Source: an uncultured Chloroflexia bacterium
GTDB taxonomy: Bacteria; Chloroflexota; Limnocylindria; Limnocylindrales; CSP1-4
Direction: 5' to 3'
Assembly: GCA_963768655.1 (NCBI GenBank)
Contig: CAVYIM010000008.1
Span: 1-64,000 of the forward strand
DNA length: 64,000 nucleotides
The position numbers were made by a program, and so were the translations under genes. Numbering within the stretch: position 1 is the first letter of the stretch; every line of letters begins with the position of its first letter. Of this stretch, positions 49,792 to 59,791 are shown piece by piece. The notes below the pieces were generated by a model, which did not search any database, was not told where the DNA came from, and was given only the letters and a program-made list of their open reading frames with translations.

Positions 49792-52700
49792 CTACTTCCA
49801 ATACCCGGTGATATCGAGAGCGATGTTGGCGCTGGAGCCGGTGGTGCCGGCCCACTCGAGAGCGACGTGACCCGAGGCTCCCAGAGCGACATCGAAGCCG
49901 TTGGCCTCGGAATGTCCGGAGGCCACGTTGAGGGTAGAGGTGGTCGGAGTGGCGACGATCTCAGGTGATACGAGAGCCCAGCCAGCCGATGAGGGAGATA
50001 GCACCGTCAGGTTGCCGCTGATACCGGCGGCGCCAGAGGGGACACCGGCCGTACCGCCGATGGTGAAGAGTCTCGCGCTCCGGCTCGCGAAGGTACCCGA
50101 CAGTCCGAGACTGACCGAGGAGTCGAGAACCCGGACCGGTGCGATCGGGTAGTAGGACAGACCACCGGTCCCTGCGGTGAAGTAGCCGGTGACATCGAAG
50201 ATGACATCGGCCGATGATCCGGCGGTGCCATCCCAGACGGCCTCTAGCTTGCCGCTCTTGAGGGCCACGGTGACACCGTTGGCGACGGTGGCTCCGGCGG
50301 CGACATTGAGAGTCGAGGTCGAGGGTACGGCGGCGATCGTGGGACCGACCGAGACATAGCCGATAGAGCTGGCATCGGTCACGGTCAGGTTGCCGGTGAC
50401 AGCGGTGGCGGCCGACGGTACCAGGGCGGATGACCAGCCCAGGGCCTTGACGCCGGCGATCGCGAAGGTCCGGACACTCTTGTCCGCGAACTTACCCGCA
50501 AGACCGATGTTGGTGTGACCCGAGCCGGTCGGTCTGGTATCGAGGATCCGGCCCGGTGTCAGGACGTGATAGGTGGCGCCGCTCGTATCGGGGGTGAAGA
50601 AGCCTGTGACATCGAAGATGAGATCGATCGTGGCTCCGCCGGTAGCCGAGCGATAGACCGCCGAGAGCTTACCTCCGGCTCCTAGCCCCATAGTCACGTT
50701 GTTGGCCCGGATGTCGCCCTTGACGAAGTTGATCGTGGTAGTGGCACCGCTGGCGGTCATGGTCGGTCCCAGGGCGACCACTCCGGGGGCGGTCTCGTTC
50801 ACGATGGTCAGGTTGCCCGTGACCGCGGTGGCATTGGTCGGTACGGCGACGCTGCTCGCCCCTACGCCGATGACACCGGCCACCGCGAAGGTCCGGACCG
50901 TACCTGCGGTGAACTTACCGGATAGTCCGATGTTGGTGTGACCCGAGCCTGTGGGGCGGGAGTCCAGCACCCGCGCCGGGCTAGTGGCGTGGTACGTGGA
51001 GGCGGGCGGAGCGACCACGACGCTCTGGGAGCCGGTGATGGAGGCCGTCGTCGTGTCCGTCGCGGTCACCGACTGGGTGCCGGGTGTGCGAAGGGTGACG
51101 GCAAAGGTGCCGACCCCCGATGTGAGCTTGGCGTTGGCCGCCAGGGTCGCGGCGCCATCGCTGCTCGAGATGTGGACCGTGCCGGTGTAGCCGGTGGCGG
51201 TGTTGCCGTAGGCATCGAGAGCCTTGACGGTCACGCTGTGCGCGACACCGACAGTCGTCGGGCTCGGGTAGCCCGAGACGGACAGGTGGGTCGCCGCGCC
51301 CGGATTGACCACGATCCCGCTCTGGGACCCCGTGATCGAGCTAGTGGCCGTGTCGGTTGCGATTACCGACTGGGTGCCCGCGGTCTTGAGGGCGACGGAG
51401 AACGCATGGACGCCTGCGTCGGACGCGGTGAAGGTGTAGGCCGCCGGCAATGTCGCGGAACCGTCGCTGCTGCTGAACTGGACGGTGCCTCGATACAGGG
51501 TGTCAGTGCCGCCGCCCGCCCACTTTGCGGTGATCTTGATCGTGCCTGTGGTTCCCGCGGTCCGCGGCGAGGTCAACCCCGAAACCGTGAGCCCCGTGGC
51601 CGGAGCCAGGGCCAGGGCATGGAAGCCACCGGCGGAGAGCGCGGTGACGCCCGAGAGGCCGGCCGGGATGTCGGTCTGGCCGTCGCTGTCATCGCCCCAG
51701 GAGGCGACTGTGCCGTCGGAGGCCAGGGCGAGGCTGAACTGGTCGCCGGCGGTGACCGCCTTGATGCCTACCAGACCCGGAACGTCAGTCTGGTTGTGTG
51801 TGTCCTGGCCCCAGGCGAAGACGGTGCCGTTCGAGCGCAGGGCGAGGCCGAAGGCCCAACCGGCGGCGATGGACTTGACGTCCGTGAAGGTAGATGTGGC
51901 GCGCTGACCCTGGCTGTTGTCGCCCCAGGCGACGACCGTGCCGTCCGCCTTCAAGGCCATGCTGAAATAGGCCCCGGCGGCGATCGCGACAACGCCCGAT
52001 GTGGCGGCAGCAGGCACGGTGGCCTGGCCGTTGCCGTTGCGCCCCCAGGCGACCACTGTGCCGTCCGACTCGAGCGCGAGGGCGTGTTCGTAACCCGCGG
52101 CGATTGCCTTGACCCCGGTCAGGGAGGGGAGGTTCGTCTGGCCGTAGCTGTTGTCGCCCCAGGGGATGATGGAGCCGTCCGACTTCAGGGCCATGCTGAA
52201 GTTGCCACCCGCGGCGATGGCGGCGACGCCAGTTTGAGCGGCGGTCGGAACGGCCTCGATGCCGGGGACGTTCTGGCCCCAGGCCACCACCGTGCCGTTC
52301 GATTTGAGTGCAAGGCTGTGGTACATACCCGCGGAAATGGCCTTGACGCTGGTCAGGCTGGCCGGGACGTTCGTCTGGCCGGAAGTGTCAAGGCCCCAGG
52401 TGGCCACAGGATCGGGTGAAGCCGGAGCCATCAAAGCGAGGCTGAAATGGTACCCGCCAGTAACGGCTATGACACCGGAGAGGCCGGCCGGGACGGTGCT
52501 CTCGCCCAACTCGTTGTCGCCCCAGGCGACGACGGTGCCGTCCGACTTCACGGCGAGAGCGTGGCCGCCACCGGCGGCGATCGCAACCACGCCCGATTGA
52601 GCAGCAGTCGGGACCTCGGTCTCTCCGGAGTAATCCCAACCCCAGGCGGTCAGGGAGCCGTCAGACTTGAGGGCGAAACAGCCGGCACCATCGGTGGCGA

Positions 52701-53460
52701 TCGCCTTGACGTCCGAGAGGCCAGCTGGGACGTCAGACTGGCCATAGTCATTCCGCCCCCATACGACGACCGTGCCGTCCGACTTGAGGGCCATGCTGAA
52801 GAACGGCCCGGCGGCGATCGCGATGACTCCTGATTGAGCGGCAACCGGGACGGTCGTTTCGCCGTAGTAGGCCTTACCCCAGGCGACGACCTGGCCGTTC
52901 GACTTGAGGGCGAGGCTGTGCTCTACGCCGGCAGCGATCGCGATGACCCCCGAGAGCCCGGCCGGAACGTCGGTCTGGCCGCCGGTATCGTCGCCCCAGG
53001 CTGCGACCGTGCCGTCCGACTTCAGGGCGAGACTGAAGTCGCCGCCGGCAGCGATCGCGGTAACGCCCGAGAGGCCCGTCGGAACTATGTCGTCGCTGCT
53101 AGTGTCGCCCCAAGCCACTACAGTGCCATCAGACTTCAGAGCCAGGGTGTGGTAGTTGGTGCCGGCGGCGATCGCCGCGACTCCCGACAACCCGGCAGGG
53201 ATGTCGAGTTGGTGGAAGCCGTCGCTGCCCCAGCCCACAACGGTGCCGGTCGGCGCCGCAATCGCAGGCACGGGGGCCGCAACCGCCGGCCCGGGCGCGG
53301 CGGCTGCCGCAACCGGCGTGACGGCCGGCACGCCCCATACGGTCAGCAGTCCGGAGAGCAGGACCGCCGCCGGGGCAATCCCCAGGAACCGGCCAATCGG
53401 CCGGTGTGAAGCAGGCGAGGCACACCCAGACCGAACAAGCGCCGACGTCAGTGACTTCAC
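49792..53460 (-). CDS. Secreted RCC1-repeat protein (paralog 2)
   Basis: Same architecture, same leader (GGAGCGGGGTTCGGTGAAGTCA) and same C-terminus (DITGYWK) as 36342..39704. Confidence 0.9.
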   Translation of the reverse strand: MKSLTSALVRSGCASPASHRPIGRFLGIAPAAVLLSGLLTVWGVPAVTPVAAAAAPGPAVAAPVPAIAAPTGTVVGWGSDGFHQLDIPAGLSGVAAIAAGTNYHTLALKSDGTVVAWGDTSSDDIVPTGLSGVTAIAAGGDFSLALKSDGTVAAWGDDTGGQTDVPAGLSGVIAIAAGVEHSLALKSNGQVVAWGKAYYGETTVPVAAQSGVIAIAAGPFFSMALKSDGTVVVWGRNDYGQSDVPAGLSDVKAIATDGAGCFALKSDGSLTAWGWDYSGETEVPTAAQSGVVAIAAGGGHALAVKSDGTVVAWGDNELGESTVPAGLSGVIAVTGGYHFSLALMAPASPDPVATWGLDTSGQTNVPASLTSVKAISAGMYHSLALKSNGTVVAWGQNVPGIEAVPTAAQTGVAAIAAGGNFSMALKSDGSIIPWGDNSYGQTNLPSLTGVKAIAAGYEHALALESDGTVVAWGRNGNGQATVPAAATSGVVAIAAGAYFSMALKADGTVVAWGDNSQGQRATSTFTDVKSIAAGWAFGLALRSNGTVFAWGQDTHNQTDVPGLVGIKAVTAGDQFSLALASDGTVASWGDDSDGQTDIPAGLSGVTALSAGGFHALALAPATGLTVSGLTSPRTAGTTGTIKITAKWAGGGTDTLYRGTVQFSSSDGSATLPAAYTFTASDAGVHAFSVALKTAGTQSVIATDTATSSITGSQSGIVVNPGAATHLSVSGYPSPTTVGVAHSVTVKALDAYGNTATGYTGTVHISSSDGAATLAANAKLTSGVGTFAVTLRTPGTQSVTATDTTTASITGSQSVVVAPPASTYHATSPARVLDSRPTGSGHTNIGLSGKFTAGTVRTFAVAGVIGVGASSVAVPTNATAVTGNLTIVNETAPGVVALGPTMTASGATTTINFVKGDIRANNVTMGLGAGGKLSAVYRSATGGATIDLIFDVTGFFTPDTSGATYHVLTPGRILDTRPTGSGHTNIGLAGKFADKSVRTFAIAGVKALGWSSALVPSAATAVTGNLTVTDASSIGYVSVGPTIAAVPSTSTLNVAAGATVANGVTVALKSGKLEAVWDGTAGSSADVIFDVTGYFTAGTGGLSYYPIAPVRVLDSSVSLGLSGTFASRSARLFTIGGTAGVPSGAAGISGNLTVLSPSSAGWALVSPEIVATPTTSTLNVASGHSEANGFDVALGASGHVALEWAGTTGSSANIALDITGYWK

Positions 53461-53816
53461 CGAACCCCGCTCCTTCCGGTATCCGTAGACCCCTGCCTTA
53501 CGCCGCAGGCCGCTCTTCCTTGACCCGTATAGCCCAGGCCCGTTTCGAGAGAGAGATCTCACCACCCCAAGCGCCGAGGTCGGCGCGCCAGCACTCGCGA
53601 GGTGCCGGCTCGGGCGTCCATCGCACCGGGCAAGCGCGCTCCGGGCCTCGAGGGCGTGCCCATCGATACTACCCGATCGAGCCGTCCCTGCGTAGCCGGA
53701 AGCCCGGCGCCAGTCAGCTTTGCTGGGTAGCACGATCGGGGCGTTGACTGTCCCCCAGGCTGACCGACACTCATTTGCGTTCTGCCGAAACGTGGGACCA
53801 AAGGAGTCGCTCTGGC

Positions 53817-55235
53817 GTGGCGATCCGCAAGTGCGTGCCGCTGCTGGCCCCCCTGCTCGCACTGGTCTATTTGCTGATGCCTGGCGGCGCGGAGCCGGTT
53901 CTGGCGGACGCGCGCCCTTCCATCGTCAGCATCACGCTCGATGCCAACAACCATGCCGTCGTGACGTGGAGCAAGGAGCCGTGGCAGGGGTCCATCGACG
54001 TCAAGTGGAGCACCGGCGATGGGACGGTCGCCGCGCCGTATGCGAACTGGGACACGCACTACGGTCTCCCGCTGGTGGACTGCTATGGCCAGCCACTCGC
54101 CGGTAACCCGTTCGGTGGTGACTCGACGAAGGGCCAGTGGATCTACGGCCAGCACTGCAAGGGTCAGGACGTCTCCGACGCGGCGACCACGGCCACGACG
54201 TGGGACGCGCTGCTCCCCGGTGTCTACTACTTCCAGGTCGCAGTTAACGGCGAGAACCACGAGACCGGCCAGCCCTGCAGCTACAAGGACAAGGGCCTGC
54301 CCACCGAGTGCCTGTCACCGCACTACTCCGACGTAGGCCGGCTCACCGTCCTGGCGGAAGCGAGCAACTCACCGCCCGCGTCGCCCGGGACGAGCGCACA
54401 ACCCGCGCCGAGCGTTCAGCCCGGATCGAGCGGCGGGTCGGGCCCCACCACTCCGCAGGCCATGAACGGCCCCGGTCGCTTCGTGGTGGCCGGGGGCGGG
54501 CGCGTCGATGTCGGGGCCGGCGGCCAGGTCATCTCCAACCCGCCTTTCAACCTCGATGTCCGCCACGGAATGATGCACCTGCAGGAGGACCCGGTCAGCT
54601 TCCACTGCCCGCCCTGGACGCGGCCCTACTCGCCCGAGACGACCCTTGCGGACTGGATCGGCGTGCGGTGTCGCACCGTGACCACGCCCCAGGCCGGCGT
54701 CCTCGTGATGGGCACGGAGTTCAGCGTCACGGTCTCTGACTCGGAGACCATCTTCTGGGTCTTTGAGGGCCAGATCGAGATCTCCGACCTGTTCCACAGG
54801 GACGCGGTCCTGGTCGGGCCGGGCCAAACCACCACGGTGCTCTCGGACAAGACTCCCACCACGCCAGTCGCGTTCGATACAAGCGACGACTCGTTGCGCT
54901 GGTGGGATGCTGGTCCCTCCGACGCCGAGATCGCGGCGATCATCTTCGTCTCGGTGAGCCTGTTCTTCCTCGCGTACTTCCTGCCCGCCATCGCGGTCCT
55001 GGTCCGCCGTCCCATGCACTGGCAGCTCGTCGGGCTGCTCGACCTCCTCGCCGCCTGGACGGTCATCGGCTGGATAGTGGCCCTGGTGCTCGCCTTCGCC
55101 CTGCCCATGGCCGGTTCGGCCGCCACGGGGCCGCCGGTACTTTCTCCGGATGAAAGGTGGTGGTGGGACGGGCACGCCTGGCGCCCCGTTCCCACAGAGC
55201 CGCAGGCTGCATGGACGCGAAGCGGCCGTGCCTAG
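53817..55235 (+). CDS. Exported protein with FecR-like segment and C-terminal superinfection-immunity-type membrane domain
   Basis: TTPQAGVLVMGTEFSVTV...VFEGQIEI (FecR-like); YFLPAIA...WTVIGWIVALVLAF (Imm-like); SPDERWWWDGHAW tail. Confidence 0.7.
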   Translation: MAIRKCVPLLAPLLALVYLLMPGGAEPVLADARPSIVSITLDANNHAVVTWSKEPWQGSIDVKWSTGDGTVAAPYANWDTHYGLPLVDCYGQPLAGNPFGGDSTKGQWIYGQHCKGQDVSDAATTATTWDALLPGVYYFQVAVNGENHETGQPCSYKDKGLPTECLSPHYSDVGRLTVLAEASNSPPASPGTSAQPAPSVQPGSSGGSGPTTPQAMNGPGRFVVAGGGRVDVGAGGQVISNPPFNLDVRHGMMHLQEDPVSFHCPPWTRPYSPETTLADWIGVRCRTVTTPQAGVLVMGTEFSVTVSDSETIFWVFEGQIEISDLFHRDAVLVGPGQTTTVLSDKTPTTPVAFDTSDDSLRWWDAGPSDAEIAAIIFVSVSLFFLAYFLPAIAVLVRRPMHWQLVGLLDLLAAWTVIGWIVALVLAFALPMAGSAATGPPVLSPDERWWWDGHAWRPVPTEPQAAWTRSGRA

Positions 55236-55344
55236 GAGTGGTACTGGCCTCAGAGCAATCCCGCTACCAGAGGAAACCGCGATCCACGATGTTGTCCCAC
55301 CACGATGGCCTGTTCGCGGGCGCCCCACGGCTCTCCGCCGCTCC

Positions 55345-55933
55345 CTACTTCCAGTAGCCCGTGATATCGAGTGCGACGTGACCCGAGGCTCCCAGAGCGA
55401 CATCGAAGCCGTTGGCCTCACTGTGGCCGGAGGCGACGTTGAGGGTAGAGGTGGTCGGAGTGGCGACGGTCTCGGGTGATACGAGAGCCCAGCCTGCCGA
55501 TGAGGGAGATAGGACGGTCAGGTTGCCGCTGATGCCGGCGGCGCCAGTTGGGACACCGCCGGTACCGACGATGGTGAAGAGTCTCGCGCTCCGGCTCGCG
55601 AAGGTACCCGACAGTCCGAGACTGACCGAGGAGTCGAGAACCCGAACCGGTGCGATCGGGTAGTAGGACAGACCACCGGTCCCTGCGGTGATCGAGTCTT
55701 CGCCATGGGCATCAGATGCTTCCACGAAGAAGCTGCATGGCGTGCCGGCCGTCACGCTAGGGTCGAGGTTGTCATAGGAATCGAAGTGCGTCGCCCCACC
55801 TGTCTCCCCTCGGACGGTCGCCGACGTCGCTGTGAACAGCCCGGCCACCAGGACGGCAGCCGCGAGAATCGCCCTGACTGGCGCCGCCCCGGCTCGCGGT
55901 CGACGACCCCAGCGTGACATCGATGCACCCACG
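55345..55933 (-). pseudogene. Internally deleted third paralog of the surface-protein family
   Basis: Signal-like N-terminus fused directly to the last repeat of the RCC1 proteins; lacks EWAGTTGSSANIAL. Confidence 0.65.
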
Positions 55934-56331
55934 GTACCCCGCTCCTTCCCCGCGGTCGCGTCGCAACGGACTGGGCCGGCGGGGATCAGGGGCAAGCGGG
56001 ATGCCATCATGGCGATGCGATCAACAGGGTCGCGATCTGGCTCGCCTCCGGATCTCTCCTCCCGCACTCGGCGCCATACGTCGCGCGTACCTCGCGATGT
56101 GGCCCAATGCCTAGCATCGGCATAGCCGGTGCCCAGCCCGACGCGGGGTCTTTGGCAGCGAGGCGCGCGTTCCACGGTCAGACTGGAACAACCCGCGGCC
56201 GCCAACCCCGCGGCAGGCCGACTCGAACGGCTGGCCCGTGTTTAGATTCGCCCATCCTCGTGACCGCCTCAACGTCGCGACTCGCGATCGCCGCGCGAAC
56301 TCGTCATCGGTTCTGCCGGAAGGAGAGAGCT

Positions 56332-56892
56332 GTGGGCCAGGAAAAGGACCGGATGATTCGAGGCGAGCTGTACTACGCGTCCGATCCCGAGCTGATCGCC
56401 GACCGCCTGCGCGCCTCGTTGCTGTGCGAGCGGTTCAATGCCACGAGCGCCACCCAGGACGCCGAACGGCGCGCGATTCTCCAGGAATTGCTCGGGCACG
56501 TCGGCGAGGACGTCATCATCCTGCCGCCCTTCAGGTGCGACTACGGTTACCTGCTGAGCATCGGCAAGAGGGCATTCATCAACTACAACGCCATCATCCT
56601 CGACAGTGTCCCGGTGTCGATCGGCGAACGCACCTGGATTGGGCCCGGCCTGCAGCTCTATACCGCGACCCACCCACTCGACGCGGCGACTCGCACCGCA
56701 CCGCGCCCCCTGGAGTCGGCTGAGCCGATCACGATCGGGGACGACGTCTGGCTGGGCGGCGGCGTCATCATCCTGCCGGGCGTCACCATCGGCGCGGAGA
56801 CTGTGATCGGCGCGGGCAGCGTCGTCACCCATGACATCCCGCCGCGGGTCGTCGCCGTGGGCAATCCCTGCCGCGTGATCCGACAGCTCTGA
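56332..56892 (+). CDS. Sugar (maltose/galactoside) O-acetyltransferase
   Basis: MIRGELY, PPFRCDYG, YTATHP, IGDDVWLGG and VAVGNPCRVIR. Confidence 0.92.
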   Translation: MGQEKDRMIRGELYYASDPELIADRLRASLLCERFNATSATQDAERRAILQELLGHVGEDVIILPPFRCDYGYLLSIGKRAFINYNAIILDSVPVSIGERTWIGPGLQLYTATHPLDAATRTAPRPLESAEPITIGDDVWLGGGVIILPGVTIGAETVIGAGSVVTHDIPPRVVAVGNPCRVIRQL

Positions 56893-56946
56893 GTTGCGGG
56901 CGGTGGCCAAGTGCGGGGTCGGGCGCCCGGCGCGCCGGGATCGGAG

Positions 56947-57237
56947 CTAGGTAGACGCCGGCCGCGAACCTTTGGAGACGTAGTCGAAGAAGCGCTCGGT
57001 GACCCCGCCGGCAGTCCACGCCGCCCGCAGGCGGGTGCGACGCTCGACGCGGCGGAGGGCGGAGAGCAGGGACCGATTGAGTTCCTTGGCGGATTCGCCG
57101 GAGTGTGTGGCCACCACGTGGAAACCGTCCGGGGTCGGCGTGATCTCTCCGTCGACCAGACGGCGGAGCATGGGTTCGATCGCCGCCGGGTCGGCCGAGC
57201 TCACGTCCGCCACGAGATCGAAGCTACGAGTGCTCAT
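56947..57237 (-). CDS. Hypothetical protein
   Basis: Compact ORF downstream of the Ppx-like gene; SAKELNRSLLSALRRVERRTRLRA...TERFFDYV. Confidence 0.6.
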   Translation of the reverse strand: MSTRSFDLVADVSSADPAAIEPMLRRLVDGEITPTPDGFHVVATHSGESAKELNRSLLSALRRVERRTRLRAAWTAGGVTERFFDYVSKGSRPAST

Positions 57238-57307
57238 CGCCGCATTGTCGCGCGGCGAGATCGGGGACGCCGCCAGGCCGTTGCGCGCCGAGGTGGCTGC
57301 GAGCCGG

Positions 57308-58249
57308 TCAGCGTTTGGCAGGTGGATCTTGCCACCAGCCGGCCTCGTTCTCGAATGCGGCGGCCACCATTCCCTCGCGCAGACCTTCCGGTACCACGGT
57401 CAGCTCGTCCAGGCCGTAGTGGGCCAGGATGGCCGCGATGATCAGCAGACCGGGCGGCAGGATGGCCACGCGGGCCGGATCTTCCGCCCTGCGGCGGGCG
57501 ACCTTTCGAGCCGGATCCGCCAGGAGGCGGGCGGCCAGCGTGGACAGCTCGGCCATGGCCAGACGTTGATCACCGGAGCGACCCTTTGTCCGCTCGAGGC
57601 CGGCCAGGTTATGGGCCGAGCCGCCGGTCGCCCAGGCACGGACCGGCTTGCCGGCCGGAGCCAGCGCGAGAGCGGACCCGATGCACACGCCAACCAGGGC
57701 CCAGCTCAGGGCCTCGGGCGGGTCGCCGCGAAGATCCGCACCCAGGAGAGCCGCGCCGACCGGCAGCGACGCGGCCGCGACCGCACGGCGGCCTTCGGTC
57801 AGGGTCACCTCGGTCGACGCTCCGCCCGAGTCGATGAGCAGTTGCGAGCCTGTGGGATCGAGTCGGCGGGACGCGCCGGCGAGGCCGAGCGCCGCTTCTC
57901 GTGCTCCCGTGAGGACGCGCACCGGCTCACCGAGCTCAGTCGACAGTCGTGCGACGAGGGCCGGCCCGTCGGTCGCCCGCCGCAATGCCTCGGTGGCCCC
58001 GATGACGACTCGGTCGCTGCCCCGTCGGGCGCGCTTCAGGTAGCTGGTCACATAGCCTTCGAGCCGCGTGGCCGCCCGCTTGCCAACCGCCCCCGTCGTG
58101 GCGACGAGCCGGCCGAGCTCGATGAGCTCGCCTCGTTGCTCGACGTCGCTCACGAGCGGGCCTTCGGACGAGCCCGAAACGTCGGCGATCAGGAGGTGGA
58201 CTGTGTCGCTGCCGATGTCGATGGCCGCGATACGGATGCGCTCGCCCAA
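57308..58249 (-). CDS. Ppx/GppA exopolyphosphatase family protein
   Basis: IAAIDIGSDTVHL, ATEALRRA, DSGGASTE and GLREG; RBS GGAGG before TTG. Confidence 0.85.
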   Translation of the reverse strand: MGERIRIAAIDIGSDTVHLLIADVSGSSEGPLVSDVEQRGELIELGRLVATTGAVGKRAATRLEGYVTSYLKRARRGSDRVVIGATEALRRATDGPALVARLSTELGEPVRVLTGAREAALGLAGASRRLDPTGSQLLIDSGGASTEVTLTEGRRAVAAASLPVGAALLGADLRGDPPEALSWALVGVCIGSALALAPAGKPVRAWATGGSAHNLAGLERTKGRSGDQRLAMAELSTLAARLLADPARKVARRRAEDPARVAILPPGLLIIAAILAHYGLDELTVVPEGLREGMVAAAFENEAGWWQDPPAKR

Positions 58250-58479
58250 GGCGTGACCTCCTGTCGTTGTCCGGCCGCTGCGGGTCCGAGCCCCGTCTCG
58301 CGAGGACAAGGCTCCATGAGGTCCCCAGCATGCGGGTGCCCTTCGACGCGATGATCGTCAGCCGGACACCGTCTCACGTCAAGCGATACACGACGATCGC
58401 GGCGATCCCTGCGGACCCACGCGAGACCCGCTGTTCGAGATGCTCGGCGCGCAACGACCACTCGGCCCCCGCCTCCGGT

Positions 58480-58566
58480 CCGGTTGCCGAGTGGTCGGTT
58501 GCCGAGTGGTCGGTTGCGGTCGCTTTGCTGTCGGCCTGGCCGCTTCGCTGTCGGCCTGGCCGCTTA
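58480..58566. repeat. Short tandem repeats (15-bp and 20-bp units)
   Basis: CGGTTGCCGAGTGGT x2.5; CTGTCGGCCTGGCCGCTT x2. Confidence 0.6.
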
Positions 58567-59790
58567 CCCTGGTTCCTCCTCGCCCCAGCCGTCCCAGAAG
58601 TGCTTGATCTCCTGCCAGGCCTCTTCGGTGGTGGCCTCGCCCTGGTAGAAGGCGCCCTGGAATTCGATCGCCGGAGGTGTGAAGGCACCGCGCTTCACGA
58701 GCCGCTTGATGTTCCCACGGTAGATCTCGTCCACGGACTCGTGCGTAAGCGGGTCTTGATTCATCCACAGATTCTTGGGATGGATCGGCTCTTCGTACAT
58801 GCGCCGGAAGACTTCGGTGCGCAGGTCCTTCATCCAGTTGCTGTTCAGGTTCATCGCCCGGAACTGACGGAGGGCCTCGATGTCGAGGACTGCGGCCACC
58901 ATCGTGTTGGCGCCCGAAGCCGAGTAAGACATGATGTTGCCGTAGTAGTCGACGATGTGTGAGTTGCCGCCCGCGATGTCGACCGGATGGCGCATCTTGG
59001 GATGCAGATACACCGGGCCGACGTTCGGGCAAACCATGTACAGGCTGTTGAATTGGGCGTGGCCGCGGTTCTGGATCATCCAGCCGCCCCCACCCGGGTA
59101 CGAGTTGCCGGTCATCGGCATCGCCTCGCTGGGGCGATACACCACCTCGGCGCCGTTGAACGCGAGAGCCCGCACGGCCTCCGGGTATTCGCCGTCGCTG
59201 CAGCAGATCGTGCCGACGTTGCCGATGTCGTCCGTCCGGAGGACCGGGTAGAACGCATCGATGCCGTCGCCGAATAGCTCCACCCATCGGTCGTAGACGT
59301 CATGTGGGACGCAGGAGCGCTCGCGGCACCAGATGTGGTTCTTCGCCGCTCGATGCACCACTTCGCCAGCCGGCGAGATGATGAAGAGAGTGTTGAAGAA
59401 CCGGTTGTCCATGACTTCCGGCCAGCGCGCCTTGCACTGCACGATGATGTACGTCTGATACATCTTCGCCAGCCCGGCGAGACGATCTGTCTCGGGCCCA
59501 GGAATGTCGATGAACAGCTCGCGTGCGGCCAGGGTGTGTGGCAGGTCGAAGGCTTCATCCGTGAAGCCGGTGAGGGCTCCTTCCGCGAGGGCAATCAGCT
59601 TGACCGGCATGTTGATGTTCACCATCGACATGGCGGCGTGCATGTTGTCCTCGATGATGTCGAGGTTGACCTTGATGTGCTTGCGCTCGGCCACACCGTA
59701 GACGATCGTCGAGAGGCCGACGGCCATATACGGCGCAACCGGCTTGCGGGCGGACCCTGGGGTCCGCCCGCCCGCGTCGGTGCCGGACAT
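58564..59790 (-). CDS. Nitrilase-superfamily carbon-nitrogen hydrolase (amidase-like)
   Basis: Triad-like E (LAEG), K (AAKNH) and C (ICCSDGEYPE). Confidence 0.85.
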   Translation of the reverse strand: MSGTDAGGRTPGSARKPVAPYMAVGLSTIVYGVAERKHIKVNLDIIEDNMHAAMSMVNINMPVKLIALAEGALTGFTDEAFDLPHTLAARELFIDIPGPETDRLAGLAKMYQTYIIVQCKARWPEVMDNRFFNTLFIISPAGEVVHRAAKNHIWCRERSCVPHDVYDRWVELFGDGIDAFYPVLRTDDIGNVGTICCSDGEYPEAVRALAFNGAEVVYRPSEAMPMTGNSYPGGGGWMIQNRGHAQFNSLYMVCPNVGPVYLHPKMRHPVDIAGGNSHIVDYYGNIMSYSASGANTMVAAVLDIEALRQFRAMNLNSNWMKDLRTEVFRRMYEEPIHPKNLWMNQDPLTHESVDEIYRGNIKRLVKRGAFTPPAIEFQGAFYQGEATTEEAWQEIKHFWDGWGEEEPG

Positions 59791-59791
59791 G

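Noticed and set aside
13803-55691. Diversity-generating retroelement (RT plus repeated gene 3' ends)
   Set aside because: The RT lies inside a canonical group II intron, and differences between repeat copies are mostly synonymous and not adenine-specific.
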